Of a stretch of 64,000 nucleotides of DNA, positions 20,170 to 29,773 are shown one piece after another (position 1 is the stretch's first letter; each line of letters opens with the position of its first letter). This stretch comes from Pseudomonadota bacterium. Lineage in GTDB: Bacteria; Bdellovibrionota; UBA1018; CAIMNF01. Location of the stretch: assembly GCA_027486675.1 (NCBI GenBank), contig JAIXOQ010000024.1, positions 1,332 through 65,331 of the forward strand. The letters are read 5' to 3'. A program made the translations under genes and the position numbers. Below the pieces are notes generated by a model. It worked only from the letters and a program-made list of their open reading frames with translations, had not been told where the DNA came from and ran no database searches.

Positions 20170-21482
20170 TTGATGTCACTCCCTCTGGTGAAGAGAAGGG
20201 ATACGTTGGTGCCGCCGAATCCAAAACTATTGGAAAGCACAGCTCGGACTTGCTTCTTTACAGCCTGGTTCGGCGTGAAATTGAGCCCGGTCTCAGCCGC
20301 CTCGGGATCTAGATTTTTGAGATTAATCGTGGGCGGCACAACCGAATCCCTCATGGCTAGAATGGAAAAGGCTGCTTCGATAGCTCCTGCGGCACCGATG
20401 AGATGTCCGGTCATCGACTTTGTAGAACTGACGTGCAGGCTCTTATTGCCAGAGAGGAGTCTTGAGATTGCGCGTGCTTCTTGAATGTCGCCCGCGGGAG
20501 TCGATGTCCCGTGCGCGTTGACATAGTCGATCTGGTCTGCACGAAGTCCGCTTTCGTCGAGAGCAAGCTGCATGGCACGGAATCCTCCCGAACCATCTTC
20601 AAGAGGACTTGTGATGTGATGCGCATCCGAGCTCGGGCCATACCCTTTGATTTCAGCGTAGATCTTTGCTCCACGTTTCTTTGCAAATGAATACTCTTCC
20701 AAGATCAGAGTTGTTGCACCTTCACCCATGATGAAGCCGTCGCGGTCTTTGTCCCATGGACGTGACGCTCCTTCTGGATAGTCATTGCGGGTTGAAAGTG
20801 CCCGCATCGCAGCAAATCCTCCGATTCCAAGTGGGGTTATGACCGATTCAGCCCCGCCGGCAACAAAAACATCCGCTTCGCCACGCTGGATGGCGCGATA
20901 GCTTTCTCCGATGCTGTGCGCGCTTGAAGCACATGCGGAGACGCTTGCGTAGTTTGTGCCTTGGGTGTTTAAGAGAATACTGGTTTGCCCAGCCGCAAGA
21001 TTTGCAATGACCTGAGGAATAAAGAATGGGGAGATACGTCTAAAGCCCTTGGCTTTGTAGTCATCGTAATTAGATTCAATATCGGCAAGGCTTCCCATCC
21101 CGACACCAATGTTGCAGCCGATTCGATGGGCAGGAAGCTTGTCCCGCACACTGTCCAACCCTGAGTCCGCATAGGCCTCGCATGCAGCGCAGAGACTTAA
21201 ACAGATGAATCGACTCGTGCGTTTGAATTCTTTCGGGCTGACGGCTCGTGTGATCTGGGCACCCTGGGGCCCGTGAGGAAAAAGTGGGGTTGGAAGTGGG
21301 AGAGTGGGGTCAAAGTCGCGGATTTCACCGGCGATTTGGGCTGCACATTCTGATGCATCGAAGCCCTGAATCTTCGAGATTCCGCTTCGGCCTTCCTGAA
21401 TCCGGCTCCAGGTGCTTTCACGATTTCTCCCAAGTGGACTCACGATTCCGATTCCGGTAACGACCACACGACGGAGTTGCAT
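20166..21482 (-). CDS. fabF: Beta-ketoacyl-ACP synthase II
   Basis: RRVVVTGIGIVSPLG N-terminus, active-site Cys in SVSACASS, His motifs NAHGTSTPAGD and GHLIGAAG. ATG at 21482 fits homologous starts better than the GTG at 21518. Confidence 0.9.
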   Translation of the reverse strand: MQLRRVVVTGIGIVSPLGRNRESTWSRIQEGRSGISKIQGFDASECAAQIAGEIRDFDPTLPLPTPLFPHGPQGAQITRAVSPKEFKRTSRFICLSLCAACEAYADSGLDSVRDKLPAHRIGCNIGVGMGSLADIESNYDDYKAKGFRRISPFFIPQVIANLAAGQTSILLNTQGTNYASVSACASSAHSIGESYRAIQRGEADVFVAGGAESVITPLGIGGFAAMRALSTRNDYPEGASRPWDKDRDGFIMGEGATTLILEEYSFAKKRGAKIYAEIKGYGPSSDAHHITSPLEDGSGGFRAMQLALDESGLRADQIDYVNAHGTSTPAGDIQEARAISRLLSGNKSLHVSSTKSMTGHLIGAAGAIEAAFSILAMRDSVVPPTINLKNLDPEAAETGLNFTPNQAVKKQVRAVLSNSFGFGGTNVSLLFTRGSDIN

Positions 21483-21561
21483 CTTGAAATTCTGCACAAT
21501 AAAAAACAATGTCGCCACTCACGTTCATTGGGTTGCGACCTGCTTTCTTGAGAAGGTTAAG

Positions 21562-21582
21562 GCGCTCATCGGCTGCGAGCGC
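21562..21582 (-). terminator. Stem-loop in the acpP-fabF intergenic region (possible partial terminator or processing site)
   Basis: GCGCTC-N9-GAGCGC lies 7 nt downstream of the acpP stop on the minus strand. No clear U-run, so at most a leaky terminator. Confidence 0.3.
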
Positions 21583-21588
21583 ATGCAA

Positions 21589-21837
21589 TCAATGGTTCGC
21601 GTTTGACTTTGTCGCGATATAATTCACGACATCGCCCACGGTCTTCATCTTTTCGGCTTCGTCGTCTGGAATATCCATGTCGAACTCTTCTTCCATGGTC
21701 ATCACAAGTTCAACGATATCTAGGCTATCTGCACCAAGATCTTCGATGAAAGATGCAGCCATTTTCACCTTTTCTTGGTCGACTTGAAGCTGATCACAGA
21801 TGATGGTTCGAACTCTTTCCTCAACAGTTACCGACAT
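21589..21837 (-). CDS. acpP: Acyl carrier protein
   Basis: [13 protein letters not shown] phosphopantetheine-attachment motif. 82 aa. Confidence 0.95.
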   Translation of the reverse strand: MSVTVEERVRTIICDQLQVDQEKVKMAASFIEDLGADSLDIVELVMTMEEEFDMDIPDDEAEKMKTVGDVVNYIATKSNANH

Positions 21838-21845
21838 GTTCTCTC

Positions 21846-22604
21846 CTAGATATAAAGTCCACCGTTTACGCCCAGCACTTGGCCAGTCATGTAGCGGCTA
21901 TCAGGTCCTGCTAGAAACGCGACTAAAGAAGCCACGTCCGATGCCAGACCCAAAGTTCCTAATGGAATGTTTTTCACGATTGCCTCTTTCTGTTGAGGCG
22001 TCAAGGCGTCAGTCATTTCCGTTTCGATATATCCTGGGGTCACGCAGTTGACACGAATACTTCGGGACGCGAGTTCCCTTGCAAGGCTTTTAGTCACCCC
22101 GATCAGCCCGGCCTTGGAAGCTGCGTAGGCTGTTTGACCCGCGTTGCCCATTTCGCCAACGACCGAAGACATCTGGATGATGGAACCCTGCCGTTGTTTC
22201 AACATGAGTTTTGCTGCCTCTTTGGAGCAATAGATGGCTCCAAGGAGATTGATCTGGAGGACTTCCATGAGGTCCTTTGGATCCAAGCGCAGCACGAGTT
22301 GGTCTCTAGAGATTCCAGCATTGTTCACGAGAACTCGGAGAGGCTCATCGTTTGCCGCAATTTTTTTAAATGCCTCGGTGACCTGCACGTCATCTCCAAC
22401 ATCAAAGCGGATAACATCTGCAGAGCCGCCTTGAGATTCAATTCGAGTCTTAACCTCCAAGGCTTTTGCCTCATTGGACTGGTAATTGATCAGCACCTTG
22501 AAGCCGGTCTGCGCAAGTTTTTCCGCGATCGCTGCACCGATGCCTCGCGAAGCTCCGGTCACCAATGCTAAGCCCAATGAACTCATGCTGACTTTTCCTT
22601 CCAC
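21846..22604 (-). CDS. fabG: 3-oxoacyl-ACP reductase
   Basis: SDR motifs [12 protein letters not shown] and YAASKAG. Position in the fab cluster. Confidence 0.9.
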   Translation of the reverse strand: MEGKVSMSSLGLALVTGASRGIGAAIAEKLAQTGFKVLINYQSNEAKALEVKTRIESQGGSADVIRFDVGDDVQVTEAFKKIAANDEPLRVLVNNAGISRDQLVLRLDPKDLMEVLQINLLGAIYCSKEAAKLMLKQRQGSIIQMSSVVGEMGNAGQTAYAASKAGLIGVTKSLARELASRSIRVNCVTPGYIETEMTDALTPQQKEAIVKNIPLGTLGLASDVASLVAFLAGPDSRYMTGQVLGVNGGLYI

Positions 22605-23578
22605 GCCACTTCAGCAGCCTTCAGAGACTCGAGATCAAAAATAGGACTGACTTCAAAACTGGCACCTGTCTCTTTTGCGATTCGTTTTGCTAATCCCTGC
22701 AGAATCTTTCCGGGGCCGAATTCAAATGCGCGTCGAAACCCATTTTGAAAAAGGGGCTGATGGCTTTTGCTCCATTGAACCGGGTGGTCGATCTGCTCTA
22801 ACAGCAAGGGTAAGACTGAACTTTCTTCTTGTATCCATGCACCTGTTCGATTGGCGATGTAGGGTGTTTTTAGTTCTTTCGTGAAGAGTGACTTTGCGTA
22901 TTCAAAGTACCCTTCCATAGAAATGCGCGCGGGCTTCATGAGTGAAGAGTGGAAAGGTGCGCTGACGTTGAGACGTTTGCAGAAGAGGCCACGTTCCGAT
23001 CGGGATGCAATCAACTTTTCAAGCACCTCAACTGCATCCACAGAACCCGAGACCACGGTCTGTCCTGGCGCATTGTAGTTTGCAGCTTCAACTGTGGCTT
23101 CGGGGTTGGCCTGACGTGCGGTTTGTGTCGCTTCTTTGCACCAAGAAGTGAGGTCGTCTTCTTTTGCGCCAATCACTGCACTCATGGTGCCCACACCGAC
23201 AGGAACCGCATTCTGCATCGCGAGGCCTCGTGCGCGGACGGCTGCTATGGCCGAACCAAAATCCAGCGCCTTGGCCTGGACGAGCGCGCTATATTCGCCC
23301 AAAGAATGGCCAAGTTGCACTCCCGTTGTGATACCTGCGGCCTCAAATGCAACTCGTGCACAAGCAGTGGACACAGCTAAAATTGCAGGCTGCGCATTCT
23401 CCGTGAGGGTGAGTTCCGCTTCGCTGCCTTCAAAGAGTAGCTTCGGTAGGTCTTGTTTCAGCGATTCGCTGGCTTCCGCAAGTGTGTGTCGAAAAATGGA
23501 GAACTCCTTATAGAGCTCTTTACCCATGCCGATTGATTGAGACCCTTGCCCAGGAAAAAGTCCGACCCATGCATTCAT
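22583..23578 (-). CDS. fabD: Malonyl-CoA:ACP transacylase
   Basis: FPGQGSQ N-terminus, active-site GHSLGEYSAL, and the ..VSAPFHS.. motif. Confidence 0.9.
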   Translation of the reverse strand: MNAWVGLFPGQGSQSIGMGKELYKEFSIFRHTLAEASESLKQDLPKLLFEGSEAELTLTENAQPAILAVSTACARVAFEAAGITTGVQLGHSLGEYSALVQAKALDFGSAIAAVRARGLAMQNAVPVGVGTMSAVIGAKEDDLTSWCKEATQTARQANPEATVEAANYNAPGQTVVSGSVDAVEVLEKLIASRSERGLFCKRLNVSAPFHSSLMKPARISMEGYFEYAKSLFTKELKTPYIANRTGAWIQEESSVLPLLLEQIDHPVQWSKSHQPLFQNGFRRAFEFGPGKILQGLAKRIAKETGASFEVSPIFDLESLKAAEVAWKEKSA

Positions 23579-24546
23579 ATTGTTACCTCGAGGAGTACTG
23601 ATCCGTGGCTTAAGCCCGAACCACAGGTGTTGATGAGAACTCTTTCGCCGTATTTAAAGTTTCTGTTTTTTTCTTCCAAAGCCAGAGTGAGGAGCGTGCT
23701 TGCTGAAGAGGTATTCCCGAAGTTTCGAATGGAGCTCAAGGTCTGTTGCTCTGTGTAGCCCATCGACTTTGCAGCTCGGTGCATGATGCGTCCATTTGCT
23801 TGGTGCGGCAGGTACCAGTCCGCATTTTTTTCCGTTACCTTCTTTGCGCTTTTTACAAGTGCCGGAATCGCATAACGAAATAACTCTTTCCCGCGCATAG
23901 AAAAATATCTATCGAGCTTGAGCACTCCGTTGGGATCACCACTGGATTCAAAAGTCGTCTTGAGCACGCGGTAACGCCCGGGAGCATTCTTTTGTAAAAC
24001 ACAGGCGACGGCCGCATCCCCGAAGAGGATGGCTGTATGCGGATCGGACGGTGAAAGGTAAGGGGATAAGACCTCTGGAATCACCAGTAGTACGGGACCT
24101 CCTAGGGCCCAATCCAGTCCCTGGATGAGTTCAAGTGCAAGGGGTACTCCGGTAGAGGCTTGAACCAGGTCAAGGGTCGCCAAAGACTTTGCACTGAGCA
24201 CCGTGATGAGTTTTTGCGAGAGAGAGGGGAGTTCAGCTCGGGAAAAACTTCGTAGCGTCACGATCGCTTTAAGTTCCTGGGCAGAAATTTTTGCGTCACT
24301 CAGAGCTCGCTGTGCTGCTGCACTCGCAAGTTCGATTTCGTCACCTGAAAGGGAAATTGAAGCTGCGTCTCGAGTCGCAGGTCCCCAAGGAGCCACGAGC
24401 TTGCGTTCATATATTCCAGTACGGTCCGAGATCCAAGAGTCAGAGAAACCCTCTGGCCTTGACTCTTCAGGGACCCAATGAATGCAATCACTATTTCTAT
24501 ACGTGTGGTCTGGGTAAGCAGCGCCAAGACCTAATAGAGAGAGCAA
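23575..24546 (-). CDS. fabH: KAS III (FabH)-like protein with Ser in place of the catalytic Cys
   Basis: Collinear with E. coli FabH. It keeps PHQAN (His) and GNTSSAS (Asn), but the AFDVAAACAGF segment reads TLDLVQASTGV (Ser131, codon TCT at 24154-24156). Sits in the canonical rpmF-(plsX)-fabH-fabD position. Confidence 0.75.
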   Translation of the reverse strand: MLSLLGLGAAYPDHTYRNSDCIHWVPEESRPEGFSDSWISDRTGIYERKLVAPWGPATRDAASISLSGDEIELASAAAQRALSDAKISAQELKAIVTLRSFSRAELPSLSQKLITVLSAKSLATLDLVQASTGVPLALELIQGLDWALGGPVLLVIPEVLSPYLSPSDPHTAILFGDAAVACVLQKNAPGRYRVLKTTFESSGDPNGVLKLDRYFSMRGKELFRYAIPALVKSAKKVTEKNADWYLPHQANGRIMHRAAKSMGYTEQQTLSSIRNFGNTSSASTLLTLALEEKNRNFKYGERVLINTCGSGLSHGSVLLEVTI

Positions 24547-24549
24547 AAC

Positions 24550-24759
24550 TTAAGCAGTTTTTGTTGCGGTCGCCTTAGGCTTTTTAAGGCGGGGCTGAAA
24601 AAGACCGTCGCGAATGGTCTTCAGAGAAACAGTGTGCGCACGAACAGGGGCGCTGGACACCGGATCCGTGGACTTGGTCACTGTATCGAGAGCGTAGGCT
24701 GCCGAGAAACGGCGCATGTTACGACGGCTGCGGGAGGATTTCTTCTTAGGTACTGCCAT
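24550..24759 (-). CDS. rpmF: 50S ribosomal protein L32
   Basis: MAVPKKKSSRSRRNMRR N-terminus typical of L32. ATG at 24759; the ORF-track start at 24819 adds 20 unsupported residues. Confidence 0.85.
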   Translation of the reverse strand: MAVPKKKSSRSRRNMRRFSAAYALDTVTKSTDPVSSAPVRAHTVSLKTIRDGLFQPRLKKPKATATKTA

Positions 24760-24906
24760 GACACTTGAGGTCCTTTCAAAAATTTTTAGGCGAAACGAAA
24801 CGATCAGAGACCTTGACACTCAAGTCAATCGGAAAAATCCCAAAGTTTTCGTCTTAAGCCGTGTTAGTGTTCCTAAGCATCAAAATTTTTTTGGAGTTTT
24901 GTTTTC

Positions 24907-25641
24907 ATGGGAAAAAAAGCAACTAAATCAGTAAAAAAGGGCACCGTGGCAGCTAAGACAATGAATGTGAAGAAGGCAGCAACCAAGCCCGACCCGAAAA
25001 AGGGTGCCGTAGCGGCAGTGAAGGCAGTGTCAAATCTGCTCTTCGGTAAAGGGAAGGCAACAGCAAAAGCGCCTGCAAAGGCGGCACCTAAAACGTCCGC
25101 AGGCAAAGCGGCGTCTTCCACAACCCAGGCTCCGTCCAAGGGTGTAGCAGTGAAAACCCCGCCCGCTGGAGTTGCAAAGAAGGCAGCAGTGAAAGCTGAG
25201 CCTGCGGTCGTGGCCGTACTCAAGAAGAGCACACCCAAGACAGCAGCCAAAACGAGCGCAAAGACCGCGGCGTATTACGACGACGGCGGGGAGCGTATGT
25301 GTCGCGAAAGCGGCTGTGAGAATGTTGCTACCACTCAAGGGTATTGCCGATTGGATTACGTGAAGAATTGGAAACGGATCAAACGCAAAGAGATGATTCT
25401 CAAAGAAGGAAAGCTCAATAGTTATATTGATGAATTAGTGAGCAAATACCCAGAGAAGCACATGGACGTGATTCGCCAAGACATCGCGAGTGAAGGTGGC
25501 TTTGCAAAAGTCATCCGAGATCTGGAACTAGACGACGCCGTAGACGATTCTGCATACGATGCCGATTCGATCGACAATCTGATTGGGAGCATCCGCAAGG
25601 ACGCTGAAGGGATTGAGGGCGGCGGAGACGATGAGTTTTAG
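24907..25641 (+). CDS. Lys/Ala-rich histone H1-like protein with C-x4-C-x9-C motif and acidic tail
   Basis: Residues 1-~125 are AKK/PKK/AAK low complexity. Then MCRESGCENVATTQGYCRLDY (25300-25359), a helical region and an acidic C-terminus (DDAVDDSAYDADS..GGGDDEF). Confidence 0.6.
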   Translation: MGKKATKSVKKGTVAAKTMNVKKAATKPDPKKGAVAAVKAVSNLLFGKGKATAKAPAKAAPKTSAGKAASSTTQAPSKGVAVKTPPAGVAKKAAVKAEPAVVAVLKKSTPKTAAKTSAKTAAYYDDGGERMCRESGCENVATTQGYCRLDYVKNWKRIKRKEMILKEGKLNSYIDELVSKYPEKHMDVIRQDIASEGGFAKVIRDLELDDAVDDSAYDADSIDNLIGSIRKDAEGIEGGGDDEF

Positions 25642-25660
25642 AGCCGCCCTTAGGTTCTAG

Positions 25661-26278
25661 CTAGTGGAGTGGGCCACGCGCACGAAGTAGTTCAATTCTT
25701 TCCTCTAAGAATTCCTCACTCTCGGTTTCGGTCTTCAGGCCTACCGGAGTGCCTTCGTGCTTGGTTAGCCATTCGTCTGCGAGATTTTCTAGAACTGGGT
25801 TAATTTTATCAATCTTAATCCATGCTCTAGGGTTAGAGTCGTCTTTTGCCTCGGTCCAATCAAAGGGGCCGTCGCTGATGCCACCTAAGCTAACGTTAAT
25901 GAAACTCTCAAAAATTTCTTCGTCTTCATTCTGTAAGTAATGCTCTAACCAGTCTCCGATTGCATCTATGCAACTTGCTAACCTTGCATCGACCGTTTCG
26001 CTTCCAGTGCTTGGATCAAAGTCGATGCTGGCGTGGATGCTGGTCGCGTTCAGGCTGTCTTTGCCATAAAGAAGGGTACCAGTCAGTCTGATTTCATCGC
26101 CGTAAACAGCGCCGCTTGCGTGAAATCGAGCTTCATTGGTCTTTGAGATCACTCGTTTCAGTCCAGCTTCAAATGTCGAGTGAAGTGCCTCCTCCACGAT
26201 CGAAAGGTAGTCCTTAGGTAGGGGTGTGAAGTTTGCTGCGGATTCTGAAAGTTCTTTACGTTTTTCCATTAAAATCAT
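25661..26278 (-). CDS. Acidic cytoplasmic hypothetical protein
   Basis: Long ORF with no signal peptide and no recognisable motif. Confidence 0.5.
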   Translation of the reverse strand: MILMEKRKELSESAANFTPLPKDYLSIVEEALHSTFEAGLKRVISKTNEARFHASGAVYGDEIRLTGTLLYGKDSLNATSIHASIDFDPSTGSETVDARLASCIDAIGDWLEHYLQNEDEEIFESFINVSLGGISDGPFDWTEAKDDSNPRAWIKIDKINPVLENLADEWLTKHEGTPVGLKTETESEEFLEERIELLRARGPLH

Positions 26279-26314
26279 TCCTTACTATCGAAGGCTATAG
26301 TCTAGCTTATCGCT

Positions 26315-27133
26315 ATGTTTTTGCCTATCAAAACTACTGCCTCTAAAATAGTTGACAATAGCATTTCTAGTGCTTTACATTCTAACATCCTCATGTTGTT
26401 CCTGCTGTTAGTCCCTTTTTTGAACTCGCTTTCTTTTGCTCAGCCAGTAGATGAGGATATTGTTCGCTCCTATCAGTCGAGCTGCATGATGGTTGGGAGC
26501 AAAGACCAGAAGCCTCCGCCAACCAGTCTTGAAAGTTTTTTTCGGTTTTACTTGATCGATGTGGCTCTGAAGAGTGTGACTGACGCCCGGGTTTGCATCG
26601 ACCGAGCCTTGCGGTTAGAAGCGGAGCCGAACTCCAAGATCATTTCTCATCTCGATCGTTTGATGATCGACTTAGATCCACACCTAATCGATGTTGAGCT
26701 CAGAATTGATTACCGGATTATTCTTGCAAGGCAGCTGCCAGAAGGGGAGATCCCACAGCCTGGAGTCACTTGGGTCCCGATATCCGCGGTAGAGGTCTGG
26801 GTGCCAAGAATAGCGAATGTCGGCCGTTGTCCTGCTTCTTTTTCAGAAAATTGGTACCGGCCAGATTGGCCAGCAGCACTAGTGAATCTAAAGCCTACTG
26901 GCGGAAGTGAAAAGGTTCCGGATTGCCTCGAAGCAATTGATGTAGTCAATCAAAACAAAAAGCAAAGACAGACGATTGTAGAGGTTGTGCTTCAGATCGG
27001 TGATATTTTGCGCACTCTCAAACAGCAGCGAATCCTCATTCAAAAGTATGGGATTGATGCCGAAGAAACTTCGAGTTCAAAAAAGAGTTTAGAAGCCTTA
27101 GAGACCAAGCTTAAGCGGTACAAGAAGAGTTGA
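26315..27133 (+). CDS. Secreted hypothetical protein
   Basis: Hydrophobic signal-like segment LMLFLLLVPFLNSLSFAQP, 4 Cys, basic helical C-terminus. The start could be the ATG at 26393. Confidence 0.5.
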   Translation: MFLPIKTTASKIVDNSISSALHSNILMLFLLLVPFLNSLSFAQPVDEDIVRSYQSSCMMVGSKDQKPPPTSLESFFRFYLIDVALKSVTDARVCIDRALRLEAEPNSKIISHLDRLMIDLDPHLIDVELRIDYRIILARQLPEGEIPQPGVTWVPISAVEVWVPRIANVGRCPASFSENWYRPDWPAALVNLKPTGGSEKVPDCLEAIDVVNQNKKQRQTIVEVVLQIGDILRTLKQQRILIQKYGIDAEETSSSKKSLEALETKLKRYKKS

Positions 27134-27141
27134 GGGAGTAT

Positions 27142-27861
27142 ATGAGTTTATTTTTCTTCATTTTGGCGCTGATTCATGGAGACGTTTTTGCTCAGGCTCG
27201 TCCAAAGGATTTTTCCCAAGGACCAACAGCGAAGCAGCAGGCCGACCAGTTCCGTCTTTATTGCGGACGGCAAGGGCTCCTGGATGCCCCCGGCGTGTCC
27301 GAAGAAAAACTGCTCATGGCAGGGTTGATCTATGACCTTTACCCTCAGGAGGGTGAAGCCGTGGGCGCGCACAAGGCTTTTGCAAGGGACGAAGACTCAA
27401 ATAGGATTTGCCTTAAGATCTCAGGAGTGCCAGGAAATACGAGTCGTACGCTCATGATTGATCTCACTCAATTTAAAACTCCTGACGTGAAACTTGAGTT
27501 CAGTGCCATAAGTGCCACTGTTTACAATGCGGTTGTTACGGTGAACATGAAGTTTTCTGGCGAAAAAATTCAGGCGCTTTGCGACGAGATTTGGACCAAT
27601 ATTTCTGTGGAGGGTAAGGCTGTATCCACCGAGCAACGCCCCAATCAGGCGGTGGAGTGCAAAGAGGTCCTAGCGGACTTTCATGCTGATCAAAAGCGCC
27701 TAGAGGCCGTTCAAGACTTTCTGAGGGTCTTAATTGAAACGGCGGATACCTACCGCAAGTCTAAGGGTCAGGCTTCAGAGGTCCGAATTCGAAAGGCTTC
27801 AGAGAAACTGCTCGAGATCAACGCGACTTTAGGTGTTCGTAAAAAGCCCTCTCTTCGCTAA
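27142..27861 (+). CDS. Secreted hypothetical protein
   Basis: Signal peptide MSLFFFILALIHGDVFAQA after a GAGGGAG RBS. 4 Cys. Basic helical C-terminus similar in character to the upstream gene. Confidence 0.5.
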   Translation: MSLFFFILALIHGDVFAQARPKDFSQGPTAKQQADQFRLYCGRQGLLDAPGVSEEKLLMAGLIYDLYPQEGEAVGAHKAFARDEDSNRICLKISGVPGNTSRTLMIDLTQFKTPDVKLEFSAISATVYNAVVTVNMKFSGEKIQALCDEIWTNISVEGKAVSTEQRPNQAVECKEVLADFHADQKRLEAVQDFLRVLIETADTYRKSKGQASEVRIRKASEKLLEINATLGVRKKPSLR

Positions 27862-27873
27862 ACTCTGGAGTCT

Positions 27874-29058
27874 ATGGCAACTCTAGACGTCTACGTCGTT
27901 TCTGCAGCTCGTACTCCTTTGGGTGCCTTTCAAGGATCACTCACTTCACTGAGCGCTCCAGAGCTTGGGGCGATTGCAATTCAGGGAGCGATCAAACGGG
28001 CGGGCATAGAGCAGAACCTGGTTGAGGAAGTGATTTTTGGGAATGTGCTCACCTCAGGTGTTGGTCAGGCTCCTGCTAGACAGGCCTCGATTCGTGCGGG
28101 TCTTCCTCAGTCTATTCCGGCGATCACTATCAATAAAGTCTGCGGTAGTGGGATGAAGGCTGTGATGCTTGCTGCACAGTCCATCGCAAATCAGGAGTCA
28201 GGAGTCGTGGTCGCAGGCGGCCAGGAAAGCATGACCAATGCGCCATTTCTCATGCCGCAGGCGCGCGCTGGATTTCGCATGGGGAATGCAACAGTTGTGG
28301 ATTCGATGATCCACGATGGTTTGTGGGATCCGTACAACAATCAGCACATGGGAAATTGTGGTGAACTTTGCGCAAAAGAATACGGTTTCACCCGTGAGGC
28401 CCAAGATGCTTTTGCGGTTCAAAGTTTTGAGCGCGCCATCGCGGCTCAAAAATCCGGTGCATTTCAGGAAGAGATCGAAGCGGTTGAGATCAAGTCAGCT
28501 AAAGGGGATCTCAGTCGTGTCGATGCGGATGAAGGTCCCTCCAAGGTGAAGTTTGATAAAATTCCGCTTCTCAAGCCAGCGTTTGATCGGGCGGGGACTA
28601 TTACTGCTGCAAACGCATCGACGATCAATGATGGGGCTGCAGCCTTGGTTTTAGCAGGTTCAGCTAGTGTCACCCGCCTTGGCTTCAAACCAATTGCAAA
28701 AATTGTGGCCTCTGCCACTCACGCTCAAGATCCGGTGTGGTTTACGACGGCCCCAGGGCCCGCTATGAAGAAGGCACTCGAGCGTGCAGGTTGGAAGGCC
28801 AGTGATGTTGATCTCTATGAGGTGAATGAAGCATTCGCTGTCGTCGCAATGGCCGCGATGAAGGATGTGGGCATTCCTCGTGAAAAGATCAATGTCAACG
28901 GCGGCGCGATTTCGCTTGGACATCCAATCGGTGCGAGTGGCGCTCGAATTATTGTGACATTGATTCATGCTCTTAGGACCCGTGGGCTTAAGCGAGGCTT
29001 AGCTGGGATTTGCATCGGTGGTGGAGAAGCCACGGCAGTAGCAGTGGAGCTGGTGTGA
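27874..29058 (+). CDS. Acetyl-CoA acetyltransferase (thiolase II)
   Basis: Active-site [12 protein letters not shown]-terminal motifs [17 protein letters not shown] and GICIGGGEA. Confidence 0.9.
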   Translation: MATLDVYVVSAARTPLGAFQGSLTSLSAPELGAIAIQGAIKRAGIEQNLVEEVIFGNVLTSGVGQAPARQASIRAGLPQSIPAITINKVCGSGMKAVMLAAQSIANQESGVVVAGGQESMTNAPFLMPQARAGFRMGNATVVDSMIHDGLWDPYNNQHMGNCGELCAKEYGFTREAQDAFAVQSFERAIAAQKSGAFQEEIEAVEIKSAKGDLSRVDADEGPSKVKFDKIPLLKPAFDRAGTITAANASTINDGAAALVLAGSASVTRLGFKPIAKIVASATHAQDPVWFTTAPGPAMKKALERAGWKASDVDLYEVNEAFAVVAMAAMKDVGIPREKINVNGGAISLGHPIGASGARIIVTLIHALRTRGLKRGLAGICIGGGEATAVAVELV

Positions 29059-29771
29059 GTCAGAGTGGTTTAGATAAACGAGTTGAAGGGGCTGATGCCG
29101 CGGTTGCCGATATTCAGGATGGAGCGATGCTGGCGTTAGGTGGATTTGGTTTGTGCGGCATTCCAGAAAACTCCATCGCGGCTTTGGTGCGTAAAAATGT
29201 TCGAGGTTTGACCTGCGTGTCGAACAACGCGGGTGTGGATGGGTTCGGGATTGGACTCATGCTTGAGAAACGTCAGGTCAAAAAGATGGTCTCAAGCTAC
29301 GTCGGTGAAAACAAACTTTTTGAGACGCTCGTTCTCAGCGGTGAACTTGAGCTTGAGATGACTCCGCAAGGCACGCTCGCAGAGCGCTTACGTGCGGGTG
29401 GTGCAGGGATTCCAGCATTTTTTACACCCACCGGTGCTGGCACGAAGGTGGCAGAGGGCAAAGAGCGCAGGGAGTTTGATGGTCGAAAGTACATTCTTGA
29501 ACGCGCTATCATTGCGGACTTTGGCATTGTAAAAGCTTGGCGCGGAGACGCACAAGGAAACTTAGTTTTCCGAAAGACCTCAAGGAACTTCAATCCTCTT
29601 TGTGCTATGTCGGGACGAATTACGATTGCGGAAGTAGAAGAGCTTGTCCCTGTGGGTGCGCTTTTACCGGATGAGATTCATTTGCCGGGTGTTTACGTGC
29701 ATAGAATTTTCCAAGGAAAAGGGTATGAAAAGCGCATTGAGCGTCGTGTCATTCGGAAAGCGGGGAACTAG
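29055..29771 (+). CDS. scoA: Succinyl-CoA:3-ketoacid CoA-transferase subunit A
   Basis: Family I CoA-transferase A-subunit pattern ([15 protein letters not shown], ..[17 protein letters not shown]). The probable GTG start at 29055 overlaps the thiolase stop (GTGA); the ORF-track ATG at 29010 lies inside the thiolase gene. Confidence 0.85.
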   Translation: MSQSGLDKRVEGADAAVADIQDGAMLALGGFGLCGIPENSIAALVRKNVRGLTCVSNNAGVDGFGIGLMLEKRQVKKMVSSYVGENKLFETLVLSGELELEMTPQGTLAERLRAGGAGIPAFFTPTGAGTKVAEGKERREFDGRKYILERAIIADFGIVKAWRGDAQGNLVFRKTSRNFNPLCAMSGRITIAEVEELVPVGALLPDEIHLPGVYVHRIFQGKGYEKRIERRVIRKAGN

Positions 29772-29773
29772 CC

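Noticed and set aside
21993-23513. Several 125-192-aa plus-strand ORFs antisense to fabG and fabD
   Set aside because: They lie opposite canonical fab genes, have Arg/Ser/Cys-rich compositions, and are artefacts of codon bias.
24873-25250. 125-aa Ala-rich minus-strand ORF
   Set aside because: It is the mirror image of the Lys/Ala-rich codons of the H1-like gene (GCN/AAG read backwards) and has no independent support.
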